Positions 18,364 through 27,595 of a DNA stretch of 64,000 bases are shown piece after piece. The stretch covers positions 256,001 through 320,000 of the forward strand of contig JAWLHJ010000003.1 of the NCBI GenBank assembly GCA_041690395.1. Direction: 5' to 3'. The DNA is from Longimicrobiales bacterium (lineage in GTDB: Bacteria > Gemmatimonadota > Gemmatimonadetes > Longimicrobiales > Gaopeijiaceae). Within the stretch, counting starts at the first letter, position 1. Every line of letters starts with the position of its first letter. The notes beneath the pieces were generated by a model, which was not told the DNA's origin, did not search any database, and was given only the letters and a program-made list of their open reading frames with translations. Made by a program: the position numbers and the translations under genes.

Positions 18364-19218
18364 ATGGAACCGTCGCCCGGAGCCCACGCCGCGGGGGATC
18401 TGAGCACCCGGTCACTCGTGCCCTTCTTCGCGATCTCGTTCGGGCTGTCGTGGGGCGTCCTTGGCCTGCTGCTCGTGTTTCCGGACGCGTTGGAGGCCGC
18501 CTTCGGTCCGCTGGGTCTCACGAATCCCCTCTTCATCCTTGCGGTGTACGCCCCCGGCATCGCCGGCGTGGGACTCGTGGCTGCTCGGGGCGGTGGGGCC
18601 GCGGTGCGGCGGTATCTGGGACGGCTCCTATTGTGGCGCATGTCCTGGGCGTGGTGGGTGCTGCTCGCCGTGGGGATGCCGGCGGTCTTCTTCGCAGGCG
18701 CCGCTCTCAAGGGCCCCATCGTGCTCCCGTCCTTCGCGTCGGGGGGAGCGCTCATGGGCGCGATGGCGGCGGCGCTTCTCATTGGCCCCATGGAGGAGCT
18801 CGGCTGGCGGGGCGTTGCGCTTCCCCTGCTCCAGCGGACCATGGCTCCCGTATGGGCCGGGCTGGCCCTCGGGGTCGTCTGGGCCCTCTGGCACGTGCCC
18901 GCCTTCGCCCTCAGCGGCACACCCCAGAGCTCGTGGTCGCTCCCTGTGTTCTTCATTGGTGTGGTCTCCCTCTCGATGATCCTGACACCAATGTTCAACG
19001 TGTCCGGCGGAAGCACCCTCGTCGCCGCCTTGTTCCACTTCCAGGCCAATGGGCCGTTGTGGCCCGATGCGCAGCCCTGGGACACGCCGTTGTTCCTCCT
19101 CCTCGCCATCGCCGTGGTCTGGGTGAGACGCGAAACGATGTTCCGTCGGGAGGGCGCCACGACCCGGGTCATCCCCCGAACCGAGCCCCTTGTCATCGCC
19201 GTGGCCTCGAAGCGATAG
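18364..19218 (+). CDS. CPBP family intramembrane protease 2
   Basis: FFAISFGLSW, EELGWRGVALP, WALWHVP, FNVSGGSTLVAALFHFQAN. Confidence 0.92.
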   Translation: MEPSPGAHAAGDLSTRSLVPFFAISFGLSWGVLGLLLVFPDALEAAFGPLGLTNPLFILAVYAPGIAGVGLVAARGGGAAVRRYLGRLLLWRMSWAWWVLLAVGMPAVFFAGAALKGPIVLPSFASGGALMGAMAAALLIGPMEELGWRGVALPLLQRTMAPVWAGLALGVVWALWHVPAFALSGTPQSSWSLPVFFIGVVSLSMILTPMFNVSGGSTLVAALFHFQANGPLWPDAQPWDTPLFLLLAIAVVWVRRETMFRREGATTRVIPRTEPLVIAVASKR

Positions 19219-20017
19219 CGGCGACCACGCCCCAAAGTGTGAGCGTGAAGAGGCCATACCAGACGAAGTGCTCGGCAGGCGCCAACGTGGGCACCAAGAT
19301 CGCCTGAGAACCCGTGAAGCTCGCGTGCATCAATTGGGAGACCAGCAGGCTTTCGTCCGCTTGCTGATAGACCCGGACCATGAGCACGCGGAATGCCGTC
19401 AGCGCCGCGACCCAGAGCGCGATTCTGAGGAGCCATAGGCTGCCGAACTGCACGGAGGCACCCCAGTAGTCCGCCAAGCCGTGCCAAACACCCCAGATGG
19501 CGCCCAGGAGGAGCCCCGCCGTGAAGGTCGAGTGGCGGCGGAGCAGTCTCGGCAGAGCGAAACCCGTCCATCCGATCTCCTCCAGGAGCCCGGCGCCAAG
19601 GCCGAACACGACTCCGAAGGCCAAGATCGGCCAGAGATCATCGGTGGCGATCATGGCTGGCACGAACGCAGACGATGCGAGCGAGAGACCTCCGAGGATC
19701 ACCACGATCAGAACGGGAGTCGTCAGTAGGGCGACGGCGTACCATCGGGCAGGCACTCGCCATCTGCGCTGCCGATCCCACAGATCGCGGAGTCCCTCTC
19801 TTCCGCCGGCAACCGCGGTCATGAGCACCCCGGCCAACGCCGGGCCGGTGAGCATGGCCCCGAAGACGGGAAGAAGCTGCCATTGGGCTGGCGTCTCACC
19901 TTCGAGCAACGCTCGGGGTCCGACCACGAGGAGAACGGCACCCCACGCCACAAGAAACACGAAAGCGAAGTAGATTGCCGTCGTGCTGGCCTTCGACCGC
20001 TCCACCAGTGCGTTCAC
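19193..20017 (-). CDS. CPBP family intramembrane protease 3
   Basis: EEIGWTGFALP, WGVWH, SLLVSQLMHASF; GTG start at 20017 after GGAGG. Confidence 0.9.
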   Translation of the reverse strand: MNALVERSKASTTAIYFAFVFLVAWGAVLLVVGPRALLEGETPAQWQLLPVFGAMLTGPALAGVLMTAVAGGREGLRDLWDRQRRWRVPARWYAVALLTTPVLIVVILGGLSLASSAFVPAMIATDDLWPILAFGVVFGLGAGLLEEIGWTGFALPRLLRRHSTFTAGLLLGAIWGVWHGLADYWGASVQFGSLWLLRIALWVAALTAFRVLMVRVYQQADESLLVSQLMHASFTGSQAILVPTLAPAEHFVWYGLFTLTLWGVVAAIASRPRR

Positions 20018-20133
20018 GGGATCCTCCGCCTTGCCCCTCACTGACGTAATCTGGCCGGGAGCGGACGATCCACGCCGTCGGGGACGGTCCGCCCGCACAC
20101 GTAGGGAATTCCCCCATCCGAATCGGAGTACGC

Positions 20134-21003
20134 ATGGGACGCCTTCTCCAACGCCACCCCGTCCTCGCGTTCATCGTCGGAGCCTATGGCTTTTCCTGGG
20201 TCCTCTGGGTTCCGCTGGCCGTGAGCGGTGCGGGTCGCAGCCTCGCGACGACCGGCCTGATCGTCCTCGGAGGGTTCGGCCCCTTGGTGGCTGCCGTGAC
20301 CCTCGAGGCTCTGCGGGGTGGAGCGCCCGGCCTCCGGGCGTGGGCTCGCGCGCGGTTCCGCCTGCGCTGCAAAGCCGCCTGGTATGCGTGGGCGCTCCTT
20401 CTCCCACCGCTCATGGCGGCAGCCACGCTGGGCGTCGGCCAGCTGCTCGGGACGGTGGCGCTGGCTCCGGAGCGCCCGCCGCTGTACGGCTATCCCATCC
20501 TGCTCGCGTTCGTGTTCTTCCTGGGTGGGGGCCAGGAGGAGCCGGGCTGGCGCGGCTACGCGCTGCCACACCTACAGCTCCGCTTCGGCCCCGTGACCGG
20601 GAGCATCCTGTTGGGCCTGATGTGGGCCGGGTGGCACCTGCCTCTCTTCTTCTCCCCCGCATCCTCCCAGGTCGGGCTCCCACCCCTCTGGTACGTGGCC
20701 CACACCGTCGCCATCACGTTCACGTTCACCTGGCTCTTCAACAGCAGCGCGGGAAGCGTCGTCCCGGTGATGCTCCTCCACGCGGGCCTGAACGCGGTGG
20801 CTTCGTGGATCCCTCTGCAGACGGGAAGTGGCGCGACGAGCGCTCTTGGTATCCTGCTCGCTCTCGAGATCCTGCTGGCCGTGGTTTTGCTGGCCGTCTA
20901 CGGCCCCCGCCTTTCCCGCCAGCCTATGGTCCAGCCGACAGGGTTTCGCGCGCCTTCGGAGGTGACGCTCGAAGGCCCCTCCCGAGGAGAGAACCATGAG
21001 TGA
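20134..21003 (+). CDS. CPBP family intramembrane protease 4
   Basis: GGGQEEPGWRGYALP, WAGWHLP, FNSSAGSVVPVMLLHAGLN. Confidence 0.92.
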   Translation: MGRLLQRHPVLAFIVGAYGFSWVLWVPLAVSGAGRSLATTGLIVLGGFGPLVAAVTLEALRGGAPGLRAWARARFRLRCKAAWYAWALLLPPLMAAATLGVGQLLGTVALAPERPPLYGYPILLAFVFFLGGGQEEPGWRGYALPHLQLRFGPVTGSILLGLMWAGWHLPLFFSPASSQVGLPPLWYVAHTVAITFTFTWLFNSSAGSVVPVMLLHAGLNAVASWIPLQTGSGATSALGILLALEILLAVVLLAVYGPRLSRQPMVQPTGFRAPSEVTLEGPSRGENHE

Positions 21004-22015
21004 CGAACCCGACGTGTGGGCACCCGACCTCGCCGAGGGGGCGGGCCTGACCACCGACACGGAGGTACTACGGTTCCTGGTCGATTTCGCCGTACTCGCC
21101 CCCTCCGGACACAACACCCAGCCGTGGCTGTTCCGGGTCGGGGAGGACGCGCTGGAGGTCTACGCGGATCGGACGCGCGGGCTCCCCGTGGTGGACCCGG
21201 CGGACCGGGAGCTCGTGATCAGCTGCGGGTGCGCGCTGTTCAACGCGAGGGTCGCCGCCCAGGCTTTGGGACGGAGGGCGGAAGTGACCTTGCTGCCCGA
21301 CCCCCGGGACCCGGACCTGTTGGCCCGGCTGGCCCTGGGCGCTCGGGTCGATCCAGGTGGGTCGATCGGCGCGCTCTGCGAAAGCATTCCCCGTCGCAGG
21401 ACGAACCGTGCCCAGTTCGAGGACAAGCCCATCGCGGAAGGCATCATCGACAATCTGCGGCGTGCCGCGGAAGGCGAGGGCGCGTGGCTGGCTGTGCTCG
21501 ACGGACAGGCGAAGGAAGAAGCCGCTGACCTCGTGGCCGAGGGCGATCGGGTCCAGATGGCCGACGCGAGCTTCCGGCGCGAGCTCGCTGCATGGATCCA
21601 TTCGAACCGGTCGAGGACCCGGGACGGCATACCCGGGCGCGCCTTCGGATTCGGGGACCTCCTCTCGCTGGCCGGCCCCTTCGTGATCCGGACCTTCGAT
21701 ACCGGCAAGGGCCAGGCGGCCAAGGATCGGGAGTTGGCACTGGGTTCGCCGCTCCTGCTGGTCCTGGGTACCGAGGGCGACGACGAGAGCTCGTGGATGC
21801 ATGCGGGCCAGGCCCTCGAGCGAGTCCTCCTCGAGGCCACGAGCCACGGCATCGATGCGTCGTACCTCAACCAACCCATCGAAGTAGAAGAGCTTCGCCC
21901 GAAGATCGAGTCGGTGGCGGGACGCGACGGTCACCCCCAACTGCTCGTCCGCATGGGATACGGGCCCAAGAGAGAGCCGACCCCGAGGCGCGGAGCCTCG
22001 GACGTCTTGCTCTAG
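20996..22015 (+). CDS. Acg-family FMN-binding nitroreductase
   Basis: LAPSGHNTQPW, DPADRELVISCG-ALFN, RRRTNR, AGQALERVLL, NQPIE, PQLLVRMGYG..TPRR. Confidence 0.92.
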   Translation: MSDEPDVWAPDLAEGAGLTTDTEVLRFLVDFAVLAPSGHNTQPWLFRVGEDALEVYADRTRGLPVVDPADRELVISCGCALFNARVAAQALGRRAEVTLLPDPRDPDLLARLALGARVDPGGSIGALCESIPRRRTNRAQFEDKPIAEGIIDNLRRAAEGEGAWLAVLDGQAKEEAADLVAEGDRVQMADASFRRELAAWIHSNRSRTRDGIPGRAFGFGDLLSLAGPFVIRTFDTGKGQAAKDRELALGSPLLLVLGTEGDDESSWMHAGQALERVLLEATSHGIDASYLNQPIEVEELRPKIESVAGRDGHPQLLVRMGYGPKREPTPRRGASDVLL

Positions 22016-23037
22016 GGACGATCCCCTGCCGGTTGCCGGCCATCGGCGAGGTCGACCCGCCGGTTGAGCACGTCCTCCAACAGGATCCGACGCGCTCGCC
22101 AGGGTTCCTCGAAGAGCGGGCTGTGGGCCGATTCCGAGAAGGTGTAGAAGCCCTTCATGGGCGCCCGGATGCGATCGAAGTACTCCTTGGCGAGACTGTA
22201 ATTCGCCGTGTAATCGTGGAGTCCCGTGAAGAAGTACACGGGCAGATCGAGCTCGGCGAACGTGGTGGTCAGGTCCGTGTTCATGAACTCGTCCCAGAGC
22301 AGCCTCCTGGAGTAGGACTTGCCTCTCCAGATGCGGATCTTCTCGCCCAGGCTGTAGGCCCGGCAACGCCACACGGGAAGGAACACGCCAGTGATCACCG
22401 AATCCATCTCGCGCGTGGTGCCGACTCCGAGCCTGTGCATGGCTGCGTCGCGCAGGTGCTCATAGGCCTCGGATAGCCCGTCGGCCATGCTGACGGGTGC
22501 CGCCTCGAGCTTGCGGACCATTCTGGCATCGCCATGGGTCCGGTACTGCTCGAGCATGTATCGGTGCGCCGCCACCTCCGACCGGAGCTGGTGCGAGACC
22601 TGCGCCATCCCGATATAGGCGTGGAAGAACTCGGGCGCCCGGGACGCCACCTGGATCCCGAGAAAGCTGCCCCAGGAATGACCGAGCAGGTAGATCTTGT
22701 CCACCCCGAAGCGCCGCCGCAGATGGTTCGTCACCGCGATGACGTCCGAGATCATCTGCCTGACCGTCATGCTCTCCCGGGGAATGTCGGCGTTGTATGA
22801 GATGCCCGCGCCGCGCTGCTCCCACCAGACGACGGTGAAGTCCGGCTCCAGGCCCGTGGGATGCGTGGAGTTCAGGAAGAACTCCGGCATGCCCGGGCCG
22901 CCATGGAGAAACAACAGCACGGGGTTGGAGGGATCCGTCCTCTGGATGAACATCCCTTGCTCGACGCTGTTGATCTCGACGAAGACCTTTTCCGAGATGG
23001 TGCCGGCGACCGGACGACCCGCATCACGGCGAAGCAT
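22012..23037 (-). CDS. Alpha/beta hydrolase (proline iminopeptidase-like)
   Basis: ISEKVFVEINSVEQGMFI, FLHGGPG, WEQRGAG, GHSWG, GLHD, SAHSPLFEEP; start uncertain. Confidence 0.88.
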   Translation of the reverse strand: MLRRDAGRPVAGTISEKVFVEINSVEQGMFIQRTDPSNPVLLFLHGGPGMPEFFLNSTHPTGLEPDFTVVWWEQRGAGISYNADIPRESMTVRQMISDVIAVTNHLRRRFGVDKIYLLGHSWGSFLGIQVASRAPEFFHAYIGMAQVSHQLRSEVAAHRYMLEQYRTHGDARMVRKLEAAPVSMADGLSEAYEHLRDAAMHRLGVGTTREMDSVITGVFLPVWRCRAYSLGEKIRIWRGKSYSRRLLWDEFMNTDLTTTFAELDLPVYFFTGLHDYTANYSLAKEYFDRIRAPMKGFYTFSESAHSPLFEEPWRARRILLEDVLNRRVDLADGRQPAGDRP

Positions 23038-23083
23038 CAGGAGCGGCCCAGAGTTCGAGCCGCGTCCTGATGCAGACCCTGCG

Positions 23084-23671
23084 TCAGAAGCTCCAGGCCA
23101 GCCCGATGTCGACGGCCACGTATTCGAGCTCGACATCCGTCGTGACCGGTCCGATCTCCACGTCTCGCGAGAAGAGGCTGTAGCGGACGCCCGGTGTCAG
23201 GCTCAAGCGCTCACCCAGCGCGAGGGCCACACCCGCCGCACCCTCGAACCCGAGTCCGTGCCCGGAGTCCGCCACGACATCACCCTCGTTGTCCTCGAGC
23301 TCGAGGTGGACCACGGTCCCACCGACGCGCAGCCATCCGGACAGCGGACCGTCCTCGGAGAACGGCTGTTCGAATCGAAGCCCGAAGACGTAGCCGGTCT
23401 CCTCGAAGTCGATATCAGCTCCCGCGAACGACGTCTCGGGGTTGAAATGGGTCCATCCCCATCCCGCGTACGCACCGACCTGCGGGGTGAATCGGTAGCT
23501 GAACGTGCCGTCCAGAGTCACGCCCGTCCCGAGATCTTCCGTCCCGATGTCCTGGGTGGGGAACGCCGCCCCACCGCGCACCTCGACGCCCCAACGGCGG
23601 TCCTGGGCTTCCGCGGGTGAGGTGGCGACCATCAACGCCAATCCGGTGATCAGTAATGTCGAAGTCTTCAT
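23084..23671 (-). CDS. Outer membrane beta-barrel protein (8-stranded, OmpA/opacity-like)
   Basis: GGAG RBS; signal AEA-QD; alternating strands; terminal GLAWSF. Confidence 0.85.
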   Translation of the reverse strand: MKTSTLLITGLALMVATSPAEAQDRRWGVEVRGGAAFPTQDIGTEDLGTGVTLDGTFSYRFTPQVGAYAGWGWTHFNPETSFAGADIDFEETGYVFGLRFEQPFSEDGPLSGWLRVGGTVVHLELEDNEGDVVADSGHGLGFEGAAGVALALGERLSLTPGVRYSLFSRDVEIGPVTTDVELEYVAVDIGLAWSF

Positions 23672-23930
23672 GTCTATCTCCACTGAAACGTGAATCCACG
23701 CTCTGTAGCCGTCCCACGAGGGATCGGCCGGCCTACGCATCAAATCTCACGGAGCGAGTGGATCCTCTGTCGGGAGAACCCTTAAGCGTGGGTGGGGAAG
23801 GACCCACGCCTCGGACGGGCCAGGGCGCTGACGGGGGAGGCTCTGCCGTCGGACCACTACATTCCGCTGAACCATCGAGCCGGTTCTGCGACCGGCCCGA
23901 CATGAATCGTCACGATCGCGAGGGCCGGAC

Positions 23931-24635
23931 ATGGAGGAACGACCGACGGATCCGGAGCCGAAGGGGCACCCGCTGCGACGGTCGTGGCGTCGTCTAGTGG
24001 CGCTCGGACTCCTCGTCTGCGTCGCGGTTCTCTTCGTATCCTCGGACCCACTCTTCGGCTGGCTCAACGGCATCGTTCTCAGTCTCGAGCCGTGGATGCT
24101 CCGCCACCGGATCGCCGGCGCCGTGGTCTTCGCCGCACTCGCCTCGATCTCGGCATTCCTGGCGTTCTTCTCGAGCACGATCCTGGTGCCGATCGCGGTT
24201 CACGCCTGGGGAGCCCCGCACACGGTGGCCCTGCTCTGGGCAGGGTGGATCGTAGGCGGCTCGGTGGCCTACGGCGCCGGACGCTGGCTGGGTCGCCCAA
24301 TGGCACGCTCGGTGGCGGGTCCCGAGCGTCTGGCGTACTACGAATCGCGCCTCGGTCAGCGTGCGCCTTTCACGCTGATTCTCCTTCTGCACCTCACGCT
24401 CCAGTCCGAGATCCCCGGCCTCGTTCTGGGCATGCTCCGATACCGGTTCGAACGCTTCATACTCGCACTCGGGCTGGCCGAGATTCCGTACGCCCTGGGC
24501 GTGGTCTATGCGAGTCAGTTCTTCCTCGAACGGCGAACCGGCCCTCTGCTGGTCGCCGCTGCCGCTGCCGTCGCCGCGGCCGCGTGGGCGGCTCATGCCC
24601 TTCACCGGAGGCTCGAGACCGGCGGCACACGCTAG
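23931..24635 (+). CDS. VTT/DedA (TVP38) family membrane protein
   Basis: GGSVAYGAGRWLGR, LVLGMLRYRFERFILA pattern. Confidence 0.75.
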   Translation: MEERPTDPEPKGHPLRRSWRRLVALGLLVCVAVLFVSSDPLFGWLNGIVLSLEPWMLRHRIAGAVVFAALASISAFLAFFSSTILVPIAVHAWGAPHTVALLWAGWIVGGSVAYGAGRWLGRPMARSVAGPERLAYYESRLGQRAPFTLILLLHLTLQSEIPGLVLGMLRYRFERFILALGLAEIPYALGVVYASQFFLERRTGPLLVAAAAAVAAAAWAAHALHRRLETGGTR

Positions 24636-25144
24636 GCGGAGGGCCTCGGATCAGTCGAGATCCGCTCGTCGGCCGGCCCGTCGTTCATCAGGTGCATCCG
24701 AACGCCGGGCCAGAAGGTGGCCCCGAGAATCAGCATGCCTACGATGCCGTAGATGAGCTGGAGTGGCGGCTGGGCGTGATAGCCGATCACCGCGATCTCC
24801 ACGGCGAGCCAGACCAGGAGCGCGGCACCCACGAGCAACGAGCCGGTCCATGACCACGGTTTCCGGGCCCAGACGCCGTAGGCCACCGCCAGAGGGACCA
24901 CGCCGAGCAGGCTCAGAAGGACGAGTCCCGGGATGCCGTAGTCGTCGAAGGGCGAGCCCACCAGCCACTCCGCGGGGAGGCCCAGCCCCGCCCCGCTCGG
25001 GTCGAACACGAGGCCCAACCCTCCGCCCACACCGCTCATCCCCTGGAACGCGAGAGCCGAGATCAGGAGCTGGACCGGTCTCGGTCGCGCTCCGTCCTTC
25101 TCTTCCGGCCCGACTCCGCCGGAAGACCGTGCGTCATCACTCAT
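24632..25144 (-). CDS. Hypothetical membrane protein
   Basis: GGAGG RBS; GGGLGLVFDPSG..LVGSPFDDYGIPGLVL; 4 TM. Confidence 0.7.
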   Translation of the reverse strand: MSDDARSSGGVGPEEKDGARPRPVQLLISALAFQGMSGVGGGLGLVFDPSGAGLGLPAEWLVGSPFDDYGIPGLVLLSLLGVVPLAVAYGVWARKPWSWTGSLLVGAALLVWLAVEIAVIGYHAQPPLQLIYGIVGMLILGATFWPGVRMHLMNDGPADERISTDPRPSA

Positions 25145-25255
25145 CGGGCGTCCCTCCTGGTCGCTGTACTCCCAACCAAGCTCGTAAGAGCGATCGTTCC
25201 GGTCTGTGGGGCGACCGCCCCGACATGACGTGGGAGCATCCTCCACATCGCGCCG

Positions 25256-26410
25256 TCACCAGCCGATGAGCAGCTCCCGCAGAATACGCCCCACCTCGTC
25301 GTTGTCGCGGATACCGGCGAGCCGCTCGGCTCCCGGCCCGGCCGCGAAAAGCGGCACCATGGCATGCGTATGGCTGCCCGTGGTGTAGCGCAGCTCACGG
25401 TCCGGAGACGACGCCTCGCCGGTGATCGACAGCCCGCCGGTCTCGTGGTCGGCGGTCACGACGACGAGCGTTCCGGGAACCCGGTCCGCGAAGTCCAACG
25501 CCACGGCGACCGCGCGATCGAGCTCGATGATCTCCGCTTCGATCGAGGCGAGCGGGTCCCGGTCGTGCTGATAGGAGTCGGTCCCCTCGGACTCGACGAG
25601 CAGAAAGAACCCCTCGTCGTTCCGGGAGAGACGGTCGAGCGCCACCCGCGTCATCGTCGGGAGGTCCGGCGTCCGGGAGCCGGCGCGGGGCATCTCGTCG
25701 TCGGCGAATAGCCCGATCAACCGGCCTTCACCCGAGGCGATCGCTGCGAGCGCCTCCGCATCGGCGGGACAGTCGGCATGGGCGCACGCCGCGGCCAGGA
25801 GGTCTCCGGCCCCGGTCGGCTCCGAGCCGTCGAAATGCTCGCGCCCACCTCCGAGCACGACATCCACTCCGGAGGCCAGCAGCTGGGGCGCGAGCGATCG
25901 GTGGATGTACCGGCTCGGACTGTGGGCCACGAACGAAGCGGGCGTCGCGTCCGTCACCGCGGTCGTCGTGACGAGCCCCGTCGACTTCCCCGCTTCTTCC
26001 GCATGCTCCAGGATCGTCGGCACGGGCGCGCAGTCCGCGGGATCCCGATCCGAGAGGTCCGGATCCTCTTCCAGGAGCGCGCGGCACTCGGGCGCGACCG
26101 CGATCGCCCGGTTGAACGTCCGTACCCCGGTCGCCAGCGCAGTGGCGCCCGCCGCGCTGTCGGTCAGGCCACCGTCCGAGTTCCGGGTGTCCGTGAGCCC
26201 GACGACCGGCATACGCGCTACCGCCAGAGCATCGCCGAGCGCGAGGCGTGCCACGGTCCACGTACCCACACCACCGCCGTCCGCGACGATCAAGATCAGG
26301 TTGCGGGCCATGGGTGCGCCGCCCCTGTCCTGCCCCATCAGGGGACTCCCCATGACGAGGATCCAGGCAAGGACGAGCGCCAGGGTGGTGGTTCGCGGAT
26401 CGCGCTTCAT
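25256..26410 (-). CDS. Alkaline phosphatase (PhoA family)
   Basis: NLILIVADG, TDSAAGATALATG, DATPASF, GFFLLVE, VTADHETGG, HT; signal peptide. Confidence 0.92.
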   Translation of the reverse strand: MKRDPRTTTLALVLAWILVMGSPLMGQDRGGAPMARNLILIVADGGGVGTWTVARLALGDALAVARMPVVGLTDTRNSDGGLTDSAAGATALATGVRTFNRAIAVAPECRALLEEDPDLSDRDPADCAPVPTILEHAEEAGKSTGLVTTTAVTDATPASFVAHSPSRYIHRSLAPQLLASGVDVVLGGGREHFDGSEPTGAGDLLAAACAHADCPADAEALAAIASGEGRLIGLFADDEMPRAGSRTPDLPTMTRVALDRLSRNDEGFFLLVESEGTDSYQHDRDPLASIEAEIIELDRAVAVALDFADRVPGTLVVVTADHETGGLSITGEASSPDRELRYTTGSHTHAMVPLFAAGPGAERLAGIRDNDEVGRILRELLIGW

Positions 26411-26506
26411 GGGTGACCCCCTACGTGTTCGTCGATTGGGCACCCGGAACGTCGAGAGCCCTCCAGACGATACCGTGGCGAGCCGGTAACGGTTCGTGGT
26501 CGGCTT

Positions 26507-27592
26507 TCACCGCGCTTCCTTCCGCTTCAGGATCCCGAGCGGATCGGCCGGATCCACGCCCGGCATGAAGAGCTTCCGGCGATCGACGTCGGTGAGCTGG
26601 TAGACGAGCCCCAACCAGTTGTTCACGATCGCTTTCGCGGTGTCGCCCCACGTGTTGTCGAGGAGCGGCATGACGTCCCGCTCCAGCGTCTCGGACACGG
26701 GCACGCCGGCCGCGCGGGCCCTGGTCGCGCTTTCGACGTAGGCCCGCGCCGCGGCCTTCGCCTCGTCGTTCAGGTAGTGGTCGGGAAACGGCGGGGGCTC
26801 GGAGAGCTCGCCGTCCAGGTAGCGACGGACCTCCCGCTTGTACTCCTTGAGCAGGCTGTGGACGTCGTACTCCGGGTGCCCCTGGAAGAAGATGAGGCGG
26901 AACTGGTCCGGGCTCGCCGCCACGTGCACGCCCGCCTCGTCGCTCTCCACCAGCACGGCCAAACCGGCCGCTTCGAACTGCTCGCGCGAGATGTCGTTGT
27001 GCCGGGAGTGCGGGACGTCGAAGCGCGTGTTGATCTCACGGAGGAGCGGATGATCACGGGTGTGCACCCGGTGGCTGTAGACCCCCCAACGCTTCCGGGG
27101 CAGCGGCTGACGCTCGATACCGTAGAGATGGCGCACCAGCGCGTGGGTGGCGAGGCACGAACACAGGACCGACGTGACGTTCTCCCGCGCCCAGTCCACG
27201 ACCTCGACGAGCGGCGACCAGAAGGGCTCGCGGGCCACCTCCGGGTTGGCGACGTTCGCCCCGGTGATGATCAGCGCGTCGAGCCCAGCCTCCTTGAGAT
27301 CCTCGAAGCGGCTGTAGTAGCGGTCGATGTACTCGAGCGCCTGCTCGCCGCGGTCGAGGCCCGGCAGGGAGAACGGGTAGACGTAGAACTGCGCGATCCG
27401 GTTGCACGCGCCGACGAGCCGGATGAACTGGCGCTCGGTGGCCTGGAGCGCGGCGTCGGGCATCATGTTCAGGAACCCGATATGGAGCTCGCGGATGTCC
27501 TGGTGCTCGGCCCGGTCGAGGCTGAGGAGCTCGTGCCCCTGGGCGCTCAGGGCCGAGAAGGTCGGGAGGCCGGAATGTGCGACGAGTGGCAT
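26507..27592 (-). CDS. metA: Homoserine O-acyltransferase, MetA family
   Basis: DIRELHIGFLNMMPDAAL-ATE-Q, IITGA, CSCLATHA nucleophile, PHSR, QGHPEYD, LLKEY. Confidence 0.92.
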   Translation of the reverse strand: MPLVAHSGLPTFSALSAQGHELLSLDRAEHQDIRELHIGFLNMMPDAALQATERQFIRLVGACNRIAQFYVYPFSLPGLDRGEQALEYIDRYYSRFEDLKEAGLDALIITGANVANPEVAREPFWSPLVEVVDWARENVTSVLCSCLATHALVRHLYGIERQPLPRKRWGVYSHRVHTRDHPLLREINTRFDVPHSRHNDISREQFEAAGLAVLVESDEAGVHVAASPDQFRLIFFQGHPEYDVHSLLKEYKREVRRYLDGELSEPPPFPDHYLNDEAKAAARAYVESATRARAAGVPVSETLERDVMPLLDNTWGDTAKAIVNNWLGLVYQLTDVDRRKLFMPGVDPADPLGILKRKEAR

Positions 27593-27595
27593 GTG

